Below the pieces are notes generated by a model. That model searched no databases, was not told where the DNA came from, and saw nothing but the letters and a program-made list of their open reading frames with translations. From assembly GCF_006345805.1 (NCBI RefSeq), contig NC_043009.1, forward strand, positions 29,636,001 to 29,700,000: a stretch of 64,000 nucleotides of DNA, written 5' to 3'. Positions 11,749 to 25,430 of the stretch are shown here, piece by piece (position 1 is the stretch's first letter; each line of letters opens with the position of its first letter). This DNA comes from Octopus sinensis. Taxonomy: Eukaryota. The position numbers were made by a program, and so were the translations under genes.

Positions 11749-12977
11749 CTATATATATATATATATTATATATATATATATATACACATATTTATAATAT
11801 ATTTAAATTGTACACGTATATATGTGTTACGGAAAATGTTTTTTATGAATAATGTCGGCGGAGATAGTAGGATCAACAATTTAGGATCGACAGTGTAAAC
11901 TTTATCGCTACTACTGTGTATTTTTTTTTCGATATTTTGATAAAATTCTTCACTCACAAATGAGCTATTCTACCCATTCAGAAAACAAAGAATACATACA
12001 TTCTAAGAACTATCTTCTGCAAAAGACATCGTCTGATGATCGGTTGATGGTGTTTAACCATGTCGCATATCTACCACTGAAAGCGCAGCACCATGCTTGA
12101 GTATCAAATAGAATATTTAATTAGATATTCTGCTGACATCTATAACTACTTTTGGTGCTTATCGGCAGCGTCAATACTTTTGATACTTTTAAATCATCTT
12201 GCTTTCCTCTGCTATTTAATTTTTACTTGATTTTGAATCTATTTAGCATCTTAATACATCAGTTGCTACGCAAAGAACAATTCCCTTTCAACTTATCACA
12301 GACAATAATATCTTATTCTGCGATGAAGCCTCGTGCACTTACCACCTGAGGTACTGATTTTTGTGTTTTTCATTTTGATTCCCTGCTATTTCTAATTTCT
12401 TTATGTAGATATGAAGACGCGGAAAGGAATTTCAAAATATTCCTAATTGCAAATTTTACAATTAGAATATTTTGTCTGCTGCTGTTTCAAGGCTGAGATT
12501 CTTGTGATATGAAAATATTCTAAAATAGAACAGAATTAGACCACACACAAAGCAGAATATATGATAGAAAACATTCAGTGAGTTATAAAATTACTTTCTC
12601 TATAAAACAAACCTTATGAAAACGATGCAGGTTTTCTGGATTGCCGGGAGTATATGGAATATCAAACACGGCTGAGAGAGACCTTCGATGAATGAAAAGT
12701 GAAAATCATGAAATTAATTGTAATAATTGAATGAAATGCCTAGAACATTTAAAGATGTAATATAATATTTGTGGATATAAAATTGATAATTTGACATACG
12801 TAGCAGAAATGTATTAGTAATAGCAAATAATATAGATTTTCGTAGATTTCAAAGAACTAAAGCCATGTATTATTCCCATCTTTTTTGTTTTTTTAAGATA
12901 TTTTGCTCTAATACGTATCATTCTAACTTTTAGAATTCAGATGTTAAAATCACGATGACTAAATATAATACTTTGTG

Positions 12978-13184
12978 TTATAGGCATTTGGCCTGAAATT
13001 TTGATGGAGGTGTCTGGTTAATTACATCGACCCCAGTCTTTGACTGGTACTTATTTCATCGATCACCGGAAGAATGAAACAAAAGTCGAGCTCGGCGGCA
13101 TTTGAATTCAGAACGTAAAGACGAGCGAAATGTCGCTAAACATTCTGTTCGGAGTGCTTAACCATTCTACCAGCTCACTGCCTT
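12978..13184 (-). mobile_element. SINE family A
   Basis: Reverse complement matches the family A head, body and tail (cagctcactgcctt at the 5' end). Confidence 0.85.
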
Positions 13185-14226
13185 GCGATGGCTAGAAATA
13201 ATGAGATCACCAACACGCAACGTAATTAACCTTAAAACAATAAAAACAATACCTTGGCACCAATATTAATATTTGAAAATATTTCTAAAATAAATCCAAC
13301 GGAAACATGAAGAATCTGAAATTCGCAATTGCGCATTTTGTGAAAATCTGAATTTCATGGGACGGAGATGGTTAATTTTATGTACTTAAGATTAGTTAAC
13401 CGGTTAATTACATGTTAATGAAGGTTGCATTTGATTTGAGGGAGTTTTAGATACTATTCCGAAATGATTGCATTACTAGTTAAGCACTACAACAATAGGT
13501 GTGGTTCATAGCTAACAAATTTCGAGAGAATGCTCGTTACATTAGAGTCGGTCCCAATCCAAGCGTCGTGGAAATACTGCCACCTTAAGATGTCCAACCA
13601 TCAAAGAAATTTTAAGCATGCATCCTCTTAGATGGTGGTGGAATTCGAGCGAGAAGAGAGGATCTATATTCGAGTGGAAGAGTGAGTATGTGTGTGGTTT
13701 AATGTGGATGTCATTCGTGAGCGTCTATATGTGTAGGATGTGTGCGTGTGTGGGAGTGTGTGACTAAGTTCGTGTGTGGGAGTGTGTATTTGACTGAGTG
13801 TGTGACTAAGTCAGTGAGTGAATGTATATCTTTGTGAATATTGGTGTGAAGCTGCTTGTATGTGTGTTTGAGAATGCATCTATGACTGTGTATTATGCAA
13901 GCGAATGTATGCATGTTTCTGTAATATTTTGTGTCTTTTTTATGCACAGACATTAGAGGCAATGTATTTGTGAGTGCATGACTGAGTTTGTGTGGGTGTG
14001 AGTATATTTCTATGTGAGTATGCATATATTTCTGCATGTGTGTGTGTACACGTTTTTTTATTTTCTGCATGACTTAAGTTCTACTTTTCTGTCTTCTTCC
14101 TTTGAAAAAGTTTATTCATAAATTTCTCTTATCCTTATCATAGAAATTATTTTTTCTTCTTTTATTTCAAACTATTGTTAATTCTCCTACTCCTTTACTC
14201 TCACACGTAATCCAGAATTAGATAAT

Positions 14227-14292
<66 letters not shown>

Positions 14293-16285
14293 TGCTGCTG
14301 CTGCTGCTACTACTACTACTACTACTACTCCTGGCTTTAGTATTAGTATTACTACTGCTATCACTTCTTCATGTTGTTTTAGCCTAATATTTCTTTCTTT
14401 TTCCTTCTTTCACACATCTTGTCTATATAGTCATGTCTATAATTACATGCCATCTATTGAAAATATCCTCAGACAAAAGTCTGAGATTTCTTCTTGTTAT
14501 TATTTTATGTCTTTTTTTTAATTTTGTTATTTATGTTGTGGTTTTAGTTTCACTACCTTTCTATATTTTGTTGTCTGATTCACTTTTCTAGAAAGAACTT
14601 AACACTTGGGAATTACACGATGCATTATATACCGACTGACTGTTTAATTGTAATCATACCATGACATGGTTGGCTTTTCTTTTTTTATTTTCTACTTTTA
14701 TTTGATGAATACACATATTTTTATTTGTTAATTCATTCTCTGCCTAGAATTATCTTAGAATTAACCGTGTACTATTTTGTTTATTTCCTCGTCATACTTC
14801 CCAATCTTCATCTCCTCACTCTAGTTCTGTTGTTGTTCATAGTCTGTTCACATATACTTTAATATTAATAATTTTAGCTTTACTTCTGCAACTTTGTACA
14901 CGATGCTAATACGCTTGGTTTTTAAAATTCTTTTTCGCAGTAGCACTTCTTTTGTGAACATGATTTGTATCTTAATGAGCGTCATTTTAAGTTTTGCTTT
15001 ACCATTTTCATATTGGCACAGATTAAACACATTACAGTACAGCATCTAATATTTATGTTATAGTTGCTCATCAACTCAGTTAAGAGACTTATACAGTTTA
15101 GTCTAATCTCTATAGAATTCACATGATTTTTTTAACAGCTTACAAATCGAACAATGTACGGAACATGTGTAAATTGCAAAAATACATGATTACATGAAAT
15201 TGATGCTAGATGTGAAAATCATAAACATTGCAATCAGGAAGCTTGAGAATACTAACAAGAAATGATTGGAGTATTATGCGTCAGAATTGCTAAATTAGCA
15301 TGCATGGATATTTGACTCCCTGCGATTTGAAAGTGAGTTTAAGCATTAAAGGCATCTGGCAATGTCTGACATAGAACAGAGAATTTGGATGGTAAGGACA
15401 TGTAAAATAAATAGCAAGACCAGAAATATATATTTATATGTATGTGTATGTTTGTTATATCAATAGCTTTGGCAGTAAACAAAAATTTGTATATATGAGT
15501 GTGTCAATATTGAATATGTGGTGTATATATATATGTATGTAGGTAAGTAGTATGCCTATGTGTAAATTTTCAGTGTATATCTGTTTATATATGCCTGTGT
15601 ACATGAATCAGTGTATGTAAGAAAATAAGTGAGCTGGTCATCTGATTTTAGACCAAATGATGAAGCATTAGAAGCACAAAGCTCACACCCGACTGATGGA
15701 GACACTATATACAGAAATTGATTCTGATGTTGATGATCATGATACCGATTCTAATATTCATGACAATGACGACGACGATAACGATGACGATGACAATGCT
15801 GTAAAAGAAAATATTTAAAAAAATGATTTTTTGAATTTCCTTTTGTTGAATATACATTCATTATATTTTTAACATTAACACGAGAAGAGCTAGTTCTGTT
15901 TTTTATATTTGGTAAAATTTATTTCATTGATGCTTTTGATGTTAGCATTAAATGTCTTCTTACCCAAACCCACTCAATCATGAATTAGTAGAGCAGATTA
16001 CTTTTGTCAGAAATGAAAATAAAGGAAGTACGTTAATGTAGGTTGCCAAGGAATAAAATGTAACGGTTCTATTAATATTTAACTTTATAATAAGCGTGTG
16101 ATCACTAATCGGATGCTTTTACTTCCTATATATTGTTAGTCTGCATGTATTCAATTACATTCTCATAAATGTAAATATCTATCTATCCATCTATCTATCT
16201 ATCTATCTATCTATTTATCTATCTATCTATCTGTACATACATATGCATAATTACATGTATATATATATACATATATGTACATATA

Positions 16286-16641
16286 TATTCTTTTATTCTT
16301 TTATTTGTTTCAGTCATTTGACTGTGGCCATGCTGGAACACCGCCCTTAGTCGAACAAATCAACCCCAGGACTTATTGTTTGCAAGCCTGGTACTTGTTC
16401 TATCAGTCTTCTTTGCCAAACCACTAAGTTACGGTGACATAAATACATCGGTTGTAATGCAATGCTTGTGGGGACAAACATAGACACACGCGCACACACA
16501 CATATATGACAGGCTTCTTTCAGTTTCTGTCTACCAAATCCATTCACAAGGCTTTGGACAGCCCAATAGTAGAAGACACGTGACAATATACCACTAAGTG
16601 GGACTGAACCAGAAAACATGTGCTTGGTAAGCAAGCTACTT
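16286..16641 (-). mobile_element. SINE family B, body and 3' part of an interrupted copy
   Basis: Matches the 19201-19571 copy in reverse (ccaaagccttgtg, aaactgaaagaagc, ccagcatggccacagtcaaatgactgaaac). Its head is displaced to 18888-18927. Confidence 0.85.
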
Positions 16642-18887
16642 TATTTTATAAATTTGTCATATAGACAGTACAGAGAGCTTTGCGAGCTGGACAAACACAT
16701 TAATGAATGAAAATGAATTATAATGAATAAATGAGAGACGAAACCCAATACCCACCGATTGGATTTTTCTCGAAAACATACTTTCTTATTTTTTTAAAAA
16801 TCAACATAAGGTTTCGAACATTTTACAAGGAGGAGGCACTAAAACCTCTTACTTAACATATTTCTTTTTTCTTTCTTAAAACACAAAATTGAGGTTATAA
16901 ACCACTACAGAATAGTTCAATAAGGTGAGGTTTCAAAGTCTGTAACGAGGGTTTTTCCCCTCCTACTCTTCGGTATTTTCATCATTATCTTCACCACCTA
17001 CTCATCGATATATTCATCATTATCTTCAATGCCGCTTGAGTTCCTGTATCCCGCCATGTAGGACATGTAAGTCGTGTAAGGGCCACCCGGCCATATGCGA
17101 CACTCCTCCCCAAATCCTTTAATCCTTTCCCACAAGGGAAACCTTATGACTTCCACAGCTATCTGCGGAGGCCATTCGGGATCCCGTGTGAAGGGCATAT
17201 CTACGGTTTCTTTAAGTTCTTCTACTATTTTTCCACCTCCCCGCCCTTGTAGAAAAAGATAATTAATTGATCATCTTTTAAGGGTGGGGGTGGTTTCTTC
17301 CACCGTGGGTGGCACAACTTCGGGACATGCAGTCGGCACATCATCTCCCTGCTGAGATGACCCGTTCTTCTTCTTGCCTTTTTTCCTTTTCTTCCTGGCT
17401 TCGGGAGAGTGGAGCCCTTCCGCTTTGTCCGGAGACTCTCTCCCGCCTCCCGAAGCCTTAGGTTCCTTCGGCGGGCAACTATTGTTGCCCGCCTTCTTCC
17501 TTTTTAATCCTTTTTGAGTTGAGGAGGCTGAAGCTTCCTCGACCACATCCACCTCTCTCTTTGACGGGGTAGGGGAGGTGGCATCTGGTGACTGTTCCAG
17601 GACCTTACCATGGTCCTGGGGGCAGTTCCTTTTAATGTATACTGGCTGCAGGTACGAGTGACACTTTAGGGGGACGTCCCTCAATTATCACCGGATACAT
17701 GCAGCCAGTCATTTTGAAGAAATCTGGAAAAACCAGTTCTGTTGCGGCCGATGGGGTCCTCAGGGTCAAAATCGCTTTTGACCCTTCCCAATCGACCGCC
17801 GGCAATACTCTTACATTTAAGAGCCTGGGCCCGCCATCTGCCAGTCCCCGTCGGATGGTATCTTCAATCCAATCCGCTTCTGTGCCCGGGGGAAGCCCAC
17901 ATATCCAGGTTCGTATTAATTTTCTTCCACAATATGACGGGAGAAACAGGATTTCCTTGCCTTCTAAAGGCTGACTCGCAAACTGGCGAGCCTTTTCCCC
18001 GTTGTCAAACAGCAACCATACGGTTGCATGTTTGACACCACTGGATTTTACAGAGGACAAATGTTCTTTAAGTTCATTTTTTATGACTTGTTTTGGGAAG
18101 ACGGTGATGGAATTAAGAACTTTAGAATATATTCTAAGTACCACCGTCTTCTCTTCCATATCTTTTAACCATTGCTTAGGCGGGTTAATTACCCACTCTA
18201 AGACATGTCAAAAAAACAGTTCAAAAGTAGTTCAAAAGACAGACTGCCAAAAAATTAAACCGAATAAAAATAAAACAATATAAAGGGGAGGGGAGGAAAC
18301 TGAAATTAAAGTAATGAAAAGAATGAACCAAAAATTTTTAGAGAGAAAGAAATAATAGAAGGGAAAAGTAAAACAAAAATCTCACAAATAGCACAGACAG
18401 GGAATACTTTGTATAATACTCCAAAATGGTAATCCAAATGGCTTATTTCATTTTTTTTTTTTGGCGAGATACGCCCACTAGAATTCACAAGAAGAATTTT
18501 CAAAAAAATTCTCAATTCACCGTTACGGCCAAAATTTAACACAACTGTAAGACAGTTAAAAAATCATTCTAAATTTCTTCTAGGTACTCCTTAACAGAAA
18601 CAACATTATTTTCAAACAAAAGTTTGGCAGGATACGCCTACCAAACCAATAATTTTCACAATTAAGTGAATAATGTTTTCACTCAGTCTCCAGCAGACTA
18701 GAGCCTAGTGAGGACTTGTTGCTTGTAAAAATAATTTGCAACATACAACAGGTCCCCATTAGACCCCCAAATTCTTACCTTACGGCTGAGCATTCAAAAG
18801 TCTTCAATTTAAGACGACTTTCAAAAACACGTCTTACATCTTCGGTGTCAAGTACAACACTGACTTGCACATACGCAGAAACAACCT
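16642..18887 (-). mobile_element. ORF1-only non-autonomous non-LTR retroelement nested in a SINE
   Basis: Flanked by the 15-bp direct repeat gtaagcaagctactt (16627-16641 and 18888-18902); ~730-nt leader, one decayed ORF, ~360-nt trailer ending ataaaataa; no endonuclease or RT. Confidence 0.85.
16998..18159 (-). pseudogene. ORF1p/gag-like protein (RRM-like region + CCHC knuckle), about 390 codons, two frameshifts
   Basis: RTWICGLPPGTEADWIE (RRM-like); IIEGRPPK/CHSYLQPVYIKRNCP (decayed CX2CX4HX4C); basic low-complexity linker; acidic C-terminus. Joins ORF-track entries 17632-18159, 17271-17684 and 16998-17198. Confidence 0.75.
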
Positions 18888-18927
18888 GTAAGCAAGCTAC
18901 TTACCACACAGCCACTCCTGCGCCTAT
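18888..18927 (-). mobile_element. SINE family B head (A-box part) separated from its body
   Basis: Minus strand ataggcgcaggagtggctgtgtggtaagtagcttgcttac continues exactly into the body at 16626 if the insert is removed. Confidence 0.85.
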
Positions 18928-18941
18928 ATGTATAAATATAC

Positions 18942-18976
<35 letters not shown>

Positions 18977-19153
18977 TGTGTGTGTGTATAAATACAATTA
19001 TATATATGGTTAACTATTGTATATTTATCTGTCTCACTCCATATACACAAAGATAGATATAGATAGAGAGAGAGAGAGTAAGAGAGAAAGAGAAAAAGAT
19101 AGATTGTTATGGACATAGATATATATAACTAATACATACCGGGTTAAATCTAA

Positions 19154-19199
<46 letters not shown>

Positions 19200-19200
19200 A

Positions 19201-19571
19201 GGCGGAGGAGTGGCTTGCTTACAAACCATATGGTTCTCGATTCAGTTCCACTGTTTGGCACTTTGGGCCAGTGTCTCCTACTCTAGCCTCGGGCCGACCA
19301 AAGCCTTGTGAGTGGATTTGGTGGACGGAAACTGAAAGAAGCATGCCGTATATATATATATGTGTGTGTGTGTGTGTTTGTGTGTCTGTCTTTGTCCCCC
19401 CATCATCGCTTGACATCCGATGCTGGTGTGTTTACGTCCCCGTAACTTAGCGGTTCGGCAAAAGAGACCTGATTGAATAGGGACTAGGCTTATAAAGCAT
19501 AAGTCCTGGCGTCGTTTTGCTCGACTAAAAGGTGGTGCTCCAGCATGACCGTATTCAAATGACTGAAACAA
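19201..19571 (+). mobile_element. SINE family B, near full length
   Basis: tRNA-like head ggcggaggagtggct..gattcagttccact, internal (TA)(TG) tract, tail ggtgctccagcatgacc..aaatgactgaaacaa. Confidence 0.85.
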
Positions 19572-19597
19572 TATATATAAAACGAATATATATAAAA

Positions 19598-19658
<61 letters not shown>

Positions 19659-20379
19659 TGTTTGTGTCAGTTTGTGCTCTGCTGGAGGCAATGAATACAG
19701 AGTACATTGACACAATCGGCAAGCAATCAGTTCAGTAATTGGCCTCTGATTAAATAAAACAAAATATATATATATAAATTATAAATAGGCTTAAAACAGT
19801 AAATTCTATTTCCTGTGCAGGGTTTAAGAATTATAATTTTTATATTATAAATCAAATCACGCAAGCACTTTCTAATTAAGTATTAAATAAATATGTCTAT
19901 TGTTCAATCCTAAATTTATATTTCCCCTTTCCCCGATCCTAACTCTACCTTTCTTGTTTCGCTTTTTAGCTGTCTCACTTAACATGCTTTCGCGTTTTCT
20001 GTTTTTTTTCTTTTTACTTATCCCTAACATCTTCTTGCTTCTTTCTTTTTCGCACTCTCCTTCTCTCTCTATCTCTTCTGCAACATCACTTTCTCAATAA
20101 ATTTCAAGTATTTTATTCTACTTCTTTTTCTTCACGATCTGTTTCTCTTCTATTTGTTCAGATTCTATGACGATTCTTTCTCTTTCTATTCCTTCTTTTT
20201 CGTCCTCTGCTTTTCTGTCTCTTACTCATTCTTGTCATTTCACTTATATTCTTCCTTCTCATATTATCGAGTCCTTTCTTTTGTATTTCTTTGTTTCTTA
20301 TATTCTTTTGCTTTATTCATTAGAACTACAATGCCCACATCATCACCCCAGATCATCCCCTACTTCTCTACCTACTCAT

Positions 20380-20541
20380 CATCATCATCATCATCATCAT
20401 CCACATCATCATCTTCATCCACATCATCATTATCATCATCTACATAATCATCATCATCATCATCATCCACATCATCATCTTCATCCACATCATCATTATC
20501 ATCATCTACATAATCATCATCATCATCATCATCCACAACCA

Positions 20542-20572
<31 letters not shown>

Positions 20573-20590
20573 AACGGCAGCAGCAGCAGT
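20380..20590. repeat. (CAT)n/(CAG)n tract with an internal ~60-bp tandem duplication
   Basis: Directly visible; source of the poly-His ORF. Confidence 0.9.
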
Positions 20591-22063
20591 AAAAACAACT
20601 ACAAACTAAATGACAATATAGTCATCATTTTCACCTATGCACAACACTGCATTAATGCATCTCGGTAATTTATCCATCGTAATTAACATTTAGTACGAAA
20701 ATTATTCCATATTTATAATTTACGATTTTCTGTAAAACAAACAAAAAAGCAAACAAAACAAAGCAAAACAAAACAATGCAGTATGTAAACATTTTGGATT
20801 AATTTACTATAATACTTGAATACATATTTAAATAAATTCCAAACAATATTCCATATTATTGTATGAAACAGAATGAGATATTTTGATGAGGAGTTGTAGA
20901 ATGATACGAATGGTTCTGTCTGATTCCATAAACACGCAAAAGAAGCAAAACAACTTGCTGAATATTCCGATATGAAATTGAATCATACTTTAGAACTATA
21001 AATTCTACATAAATTCTACATATTGTGACACCTATTTTAAATGGATGCGACATTAGCCATATTAAGCAGTTATTTATGATATATTTTTAATTCCATTTTG
21101 AAACAGTGTAAACATAATTTTCTTTTTTATAGTTTGCAAAAATAAATTCCTTTAAAACATCAACTGAAGAACATTTAGATTTTACAAGTGTCAATTTTGT
21201 ACAAAGCATATAATTGTGTATTTTTTTTACTGAAGCAGTAGCAAACATCAGCACTTTGAAAATTCCTAAGGAAAGAAAGAACGATAGATAACAGTTGTTA
21301 GATTGACATGAAGTAATATATAAAACTGGAAGCAAAATAATTGGACAATAATGACAAGAATTCACAGTAAATTCTCTGTGAATCTAACGTAAGGATGCAT
21401 ATTTGTCAAAGTTAGAGGTGTGAAATGTTATTTAAGTGACAACCATAAGAAATACTGTGACAGTCGATACAGCAAATCTATTTTCATTCGAAATATCCAC
21501 GAAGATAAGCAGTTATCTATGAGAAAAGCGTTTTACAGGATAATGTTCCTTCTCTGCTGATTATTGAGAAATTACATGTTTACCTCTACCATGTAATCAT
21601 GAAGTATATTAAAGCAGAGACAATGGCTCCTATTATATCACGTGTTTGTCTAATTTATGTAGCACGATGGCAACAAATCTATTTGCTTTTATAAAGCATT
21701 CCCACGCAAGTACACACGCATATATGGATATTCGTGTTTAAAAGCGCACACGTATATGAAAGCATACATAAATGTTCACATACACAGTGAGATATATATG
21801 TACAGGCATATACACATCTGTATGACCTCATGCCCAAATAGAAGCATATGGATACATACTGGAAAACAAACATATGGAATCAGTAAATCACTTACGCACA
21901 CAGACACACATCTTAATACATACAACGACCGCATATTAACAAAATCATGCACATAAGATAGCACAAACACATATATATACGTACACACACAGATAATTGT
22001 GAAGATATGTATACATATGTGTGTGTGTATAAATATATATATTTATATTTATATATATATGTA

Positions 22064-22127
<64 letters not shown>

Positions 22128-22742
22128 TTATATATATATATATCCATCTATATCTACCTATATATGTATATCTCTTAATCTATCTGTCTCTCTGTGTCTA
22201 ACTTTATATATCATAACACAAGTATAGATGAACTAATGCTTGAATATACATACACACACATGCACAAATACCCATACGCAGGGATGTGATGCTCATTCAA
22301 AACATTTAAAAATGGTGACTGTATTGTATATGCTTACATGCTCCATTGTAAGGTAGCAGGTAACACTTCACTGTAAGTTCCCCCTCACTAATTAGGATTA
22401 GAATTGCACATATACCATTATTAATCGAATATAATTTCTTCTCAAAGTTTGTAAGAACATTCTGACATTGGAGCAATCAAGTAGAAAAGCGATGATGTCT
22501 TCAATATATTTTATATCACAATTGTTGCTGCTTAACACAAGGAATAACATTGTTCAGTAAAGACATAATAAAACGCATCCTGGCTGAAACTAACGCCATT
22601 GCTTCAATATGAGTAACTGTTTTCTTGAAATATCCTCCTCTGTGCGAAGATGACGTAAAACTTACTTTATTTAAGACGAATAAATATTCTCAGAGTCCTG
22701 AAATTTATTAGGAAAATGCCTGGCAATTTTTGTTCCAATTAA

Positions 22743-22945
22743 GTCGGCGAGAAGACGGAATCGTTAGCACGTCGGGCAAAATGTTTAGCGGTATTGTCTG
22801 TCTTTAATTTCTGAATCCAATTTTCACCGGGGTTGACTTTGCCATTCCTCCTTTCGGGGTCAATAAAATAGACACTAGTTGAAAACTGGGATCGATGGAT
22901 TTGACTTAACTCGTCTCTGAAATTACTGTCCTTTTGTCAAAATTG
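22743..22945 (+). mobile_element. SINE family A
   Basis: ggcgagaagacggaatcgttagcacg..ttgactttgccattcctcctttcggggtcaataaa. Confidence 0.8.
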
Positions 22946-23039
22946 TTACGCCCTAAGTCGATCTGCTTAACATAATTTCGACTGTCAATAAATAAAATAG
23001 CAGCTTAGGACCATTGACCTGCAGAAATGGTACTGTTTT

Positions 23040-23252
23040 TTTTTTACTCTAGGCACATGGCCCGAAATTTTGGAGGAGGATTCCAGTCGATTAGATCTAC
23101 CCCAGTATGCAACTGGTACTTAATTTATCGACCCAGTAGGGATGAAAGGCAAAGTCGACCTCGGCGGAATTTGAACTCAGAATGTGAAGCCAGACGAAAT
23201 AATGCTAAGCATTTCGCCCGGCGTGCTAACGTTTCTGCCAGCTCGCCACCTT
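23040..23252 (-). mobile_element. SINE family A
   Basis: Well-preserved reverse copy ending tttctgccagctcgccacctt. Confidence 0.9.
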
Positions 23253-23468
23253 CAGAAATGTTAATGTTGCGAGACGAGATATTTTGTATTATCTATTCTA
23301 GTTATTATCACTGCGTTTTGGGGTTTTTATGCATTCTGTTTCAAATCACTCGTAGATGCTAATGTCACCGAGTAATCTCACGAACATGAGACATCCCAGT
23401 TCAACCCACAATTCACTAACTTGGTCACGTAGCTATGTATATATCAGAAAACTCATATACATACATTG

Positions 23469-23547
<79 letters not shown>

Positions 23548-23588
23548 ACTATCTATATATATATATATCTATCTATCTATCTAACTAA

Positions 23589-23625
<37 letters not shown>

Positions 23626-23721
23626 GCTCTCTCTATATATATGTGAGTGTGTTTTAACATGTACTTATATGTGGCGTCATACATCTTTTTAACATCTCTC
23701 CATTTATAAATTCATACGTGC

Positions 23722-23777
<56 letters not shown>

Positions 23778-24621
23778 TCAGTCCTGTACTCACGTACATT
23801 CATACATATGTAAACAGAAACGTACATGTCTTTCCATCGATTGACAAGCAAATGGCGTTATAAACGAATAACATTGTTTAATTTATACATTTACGTACTT
23901 TGACTTACAAGCCCCATATATACATATACATACATGTTGCTGAAATTTATAGAAAAACAAAAACCGAAGACAGGTCTATGAACAACAAGCAGCTGTATTG
24001 GTTTGACCCTCGGGAAAATGAAAAAGTCTTGTGCGTTTCGAGCCTACCCACTGCAACGGAAAGAAATAAGAGAAAAGAAACAGAGACAGTGGGAAAAAAA
24101 TACAACTTGTGGATTTTGCGGGCAAGCATGGCACATATATATATGTGTGTGTGCGCGCTCGTTCGTGTTTACGTGTGTATATACATGCATATACATAGAT
24201 ACATGCAAGCGCACCAAAAACGTAACTCCATATACATGGATATGCACATGCAGACAAATATAAATTATAAATTGTTGGAATATATAGCTGTAAGCTTCGT
24301 ATCCAATAGCTAGGGTTCTCTTCGTCCATTGAGATGGACACACGGGGGGGGGGGAGATAGTTATGATTCCTATCATAACGGGAATTCCATACCATTACTA
24401 CATTAGTATTTAACGCAGTAGATTTGGTTGGGTATACTACAAAACTTTCTGATACCTATAACATGGCGTACAAGTTGTTAATCTTTGTCAGTCAATCTCT
24501 GAACAGATGACGATGTAATATGCTTATGGTTTCCTTTTGCAAAAAATTTTATTGTTGATGAAATATGTGTTAGGTGGATGGTAAGATGCATAGAATAGCC
24601 GTAAAAATATATTTCAATGCT

Positions 24622-24685
<64 letters not shown>

Positions 24686-25039
24686 CCATCAGATAGGAAA
24701 GGTAACTCTGGGTATGTTTTAGTCGTATTAGAACTCATCAGCAACGTTTAGAACTCATCACTGTAAAATCAAAACCAAAGAAGAGATAATCAGAAACTGG
24801 ATTTGCAATATTATAGAGGTGTAGGTGTGATAAATTATTACAAATCACAAGGGTTAATATCCCATAGAGTAATTAGCATTCAAGCAATTAACCTCATTGA
24901 TTTATATTTCTAGAGGAATGTACAAGATTGGCTGTCTTCCATGCAGCTATTCATTTTCAATCTGAAATGTCATGTGAATCTCAGAATCATTTAGGTTTGC
25001 AATTCTAAAGATTGTTATAGAATTCCCTATCCTCAGATA

Positions 25040-25430
<391 letters not shown>

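Noticed and set aside
12433-12474. AT-rich hairpin with ~17-bp arms (also a 10-bp stem at 46175-46199)
   Set aside because: Expected by chance in AT-rich DNA; no supporting context.
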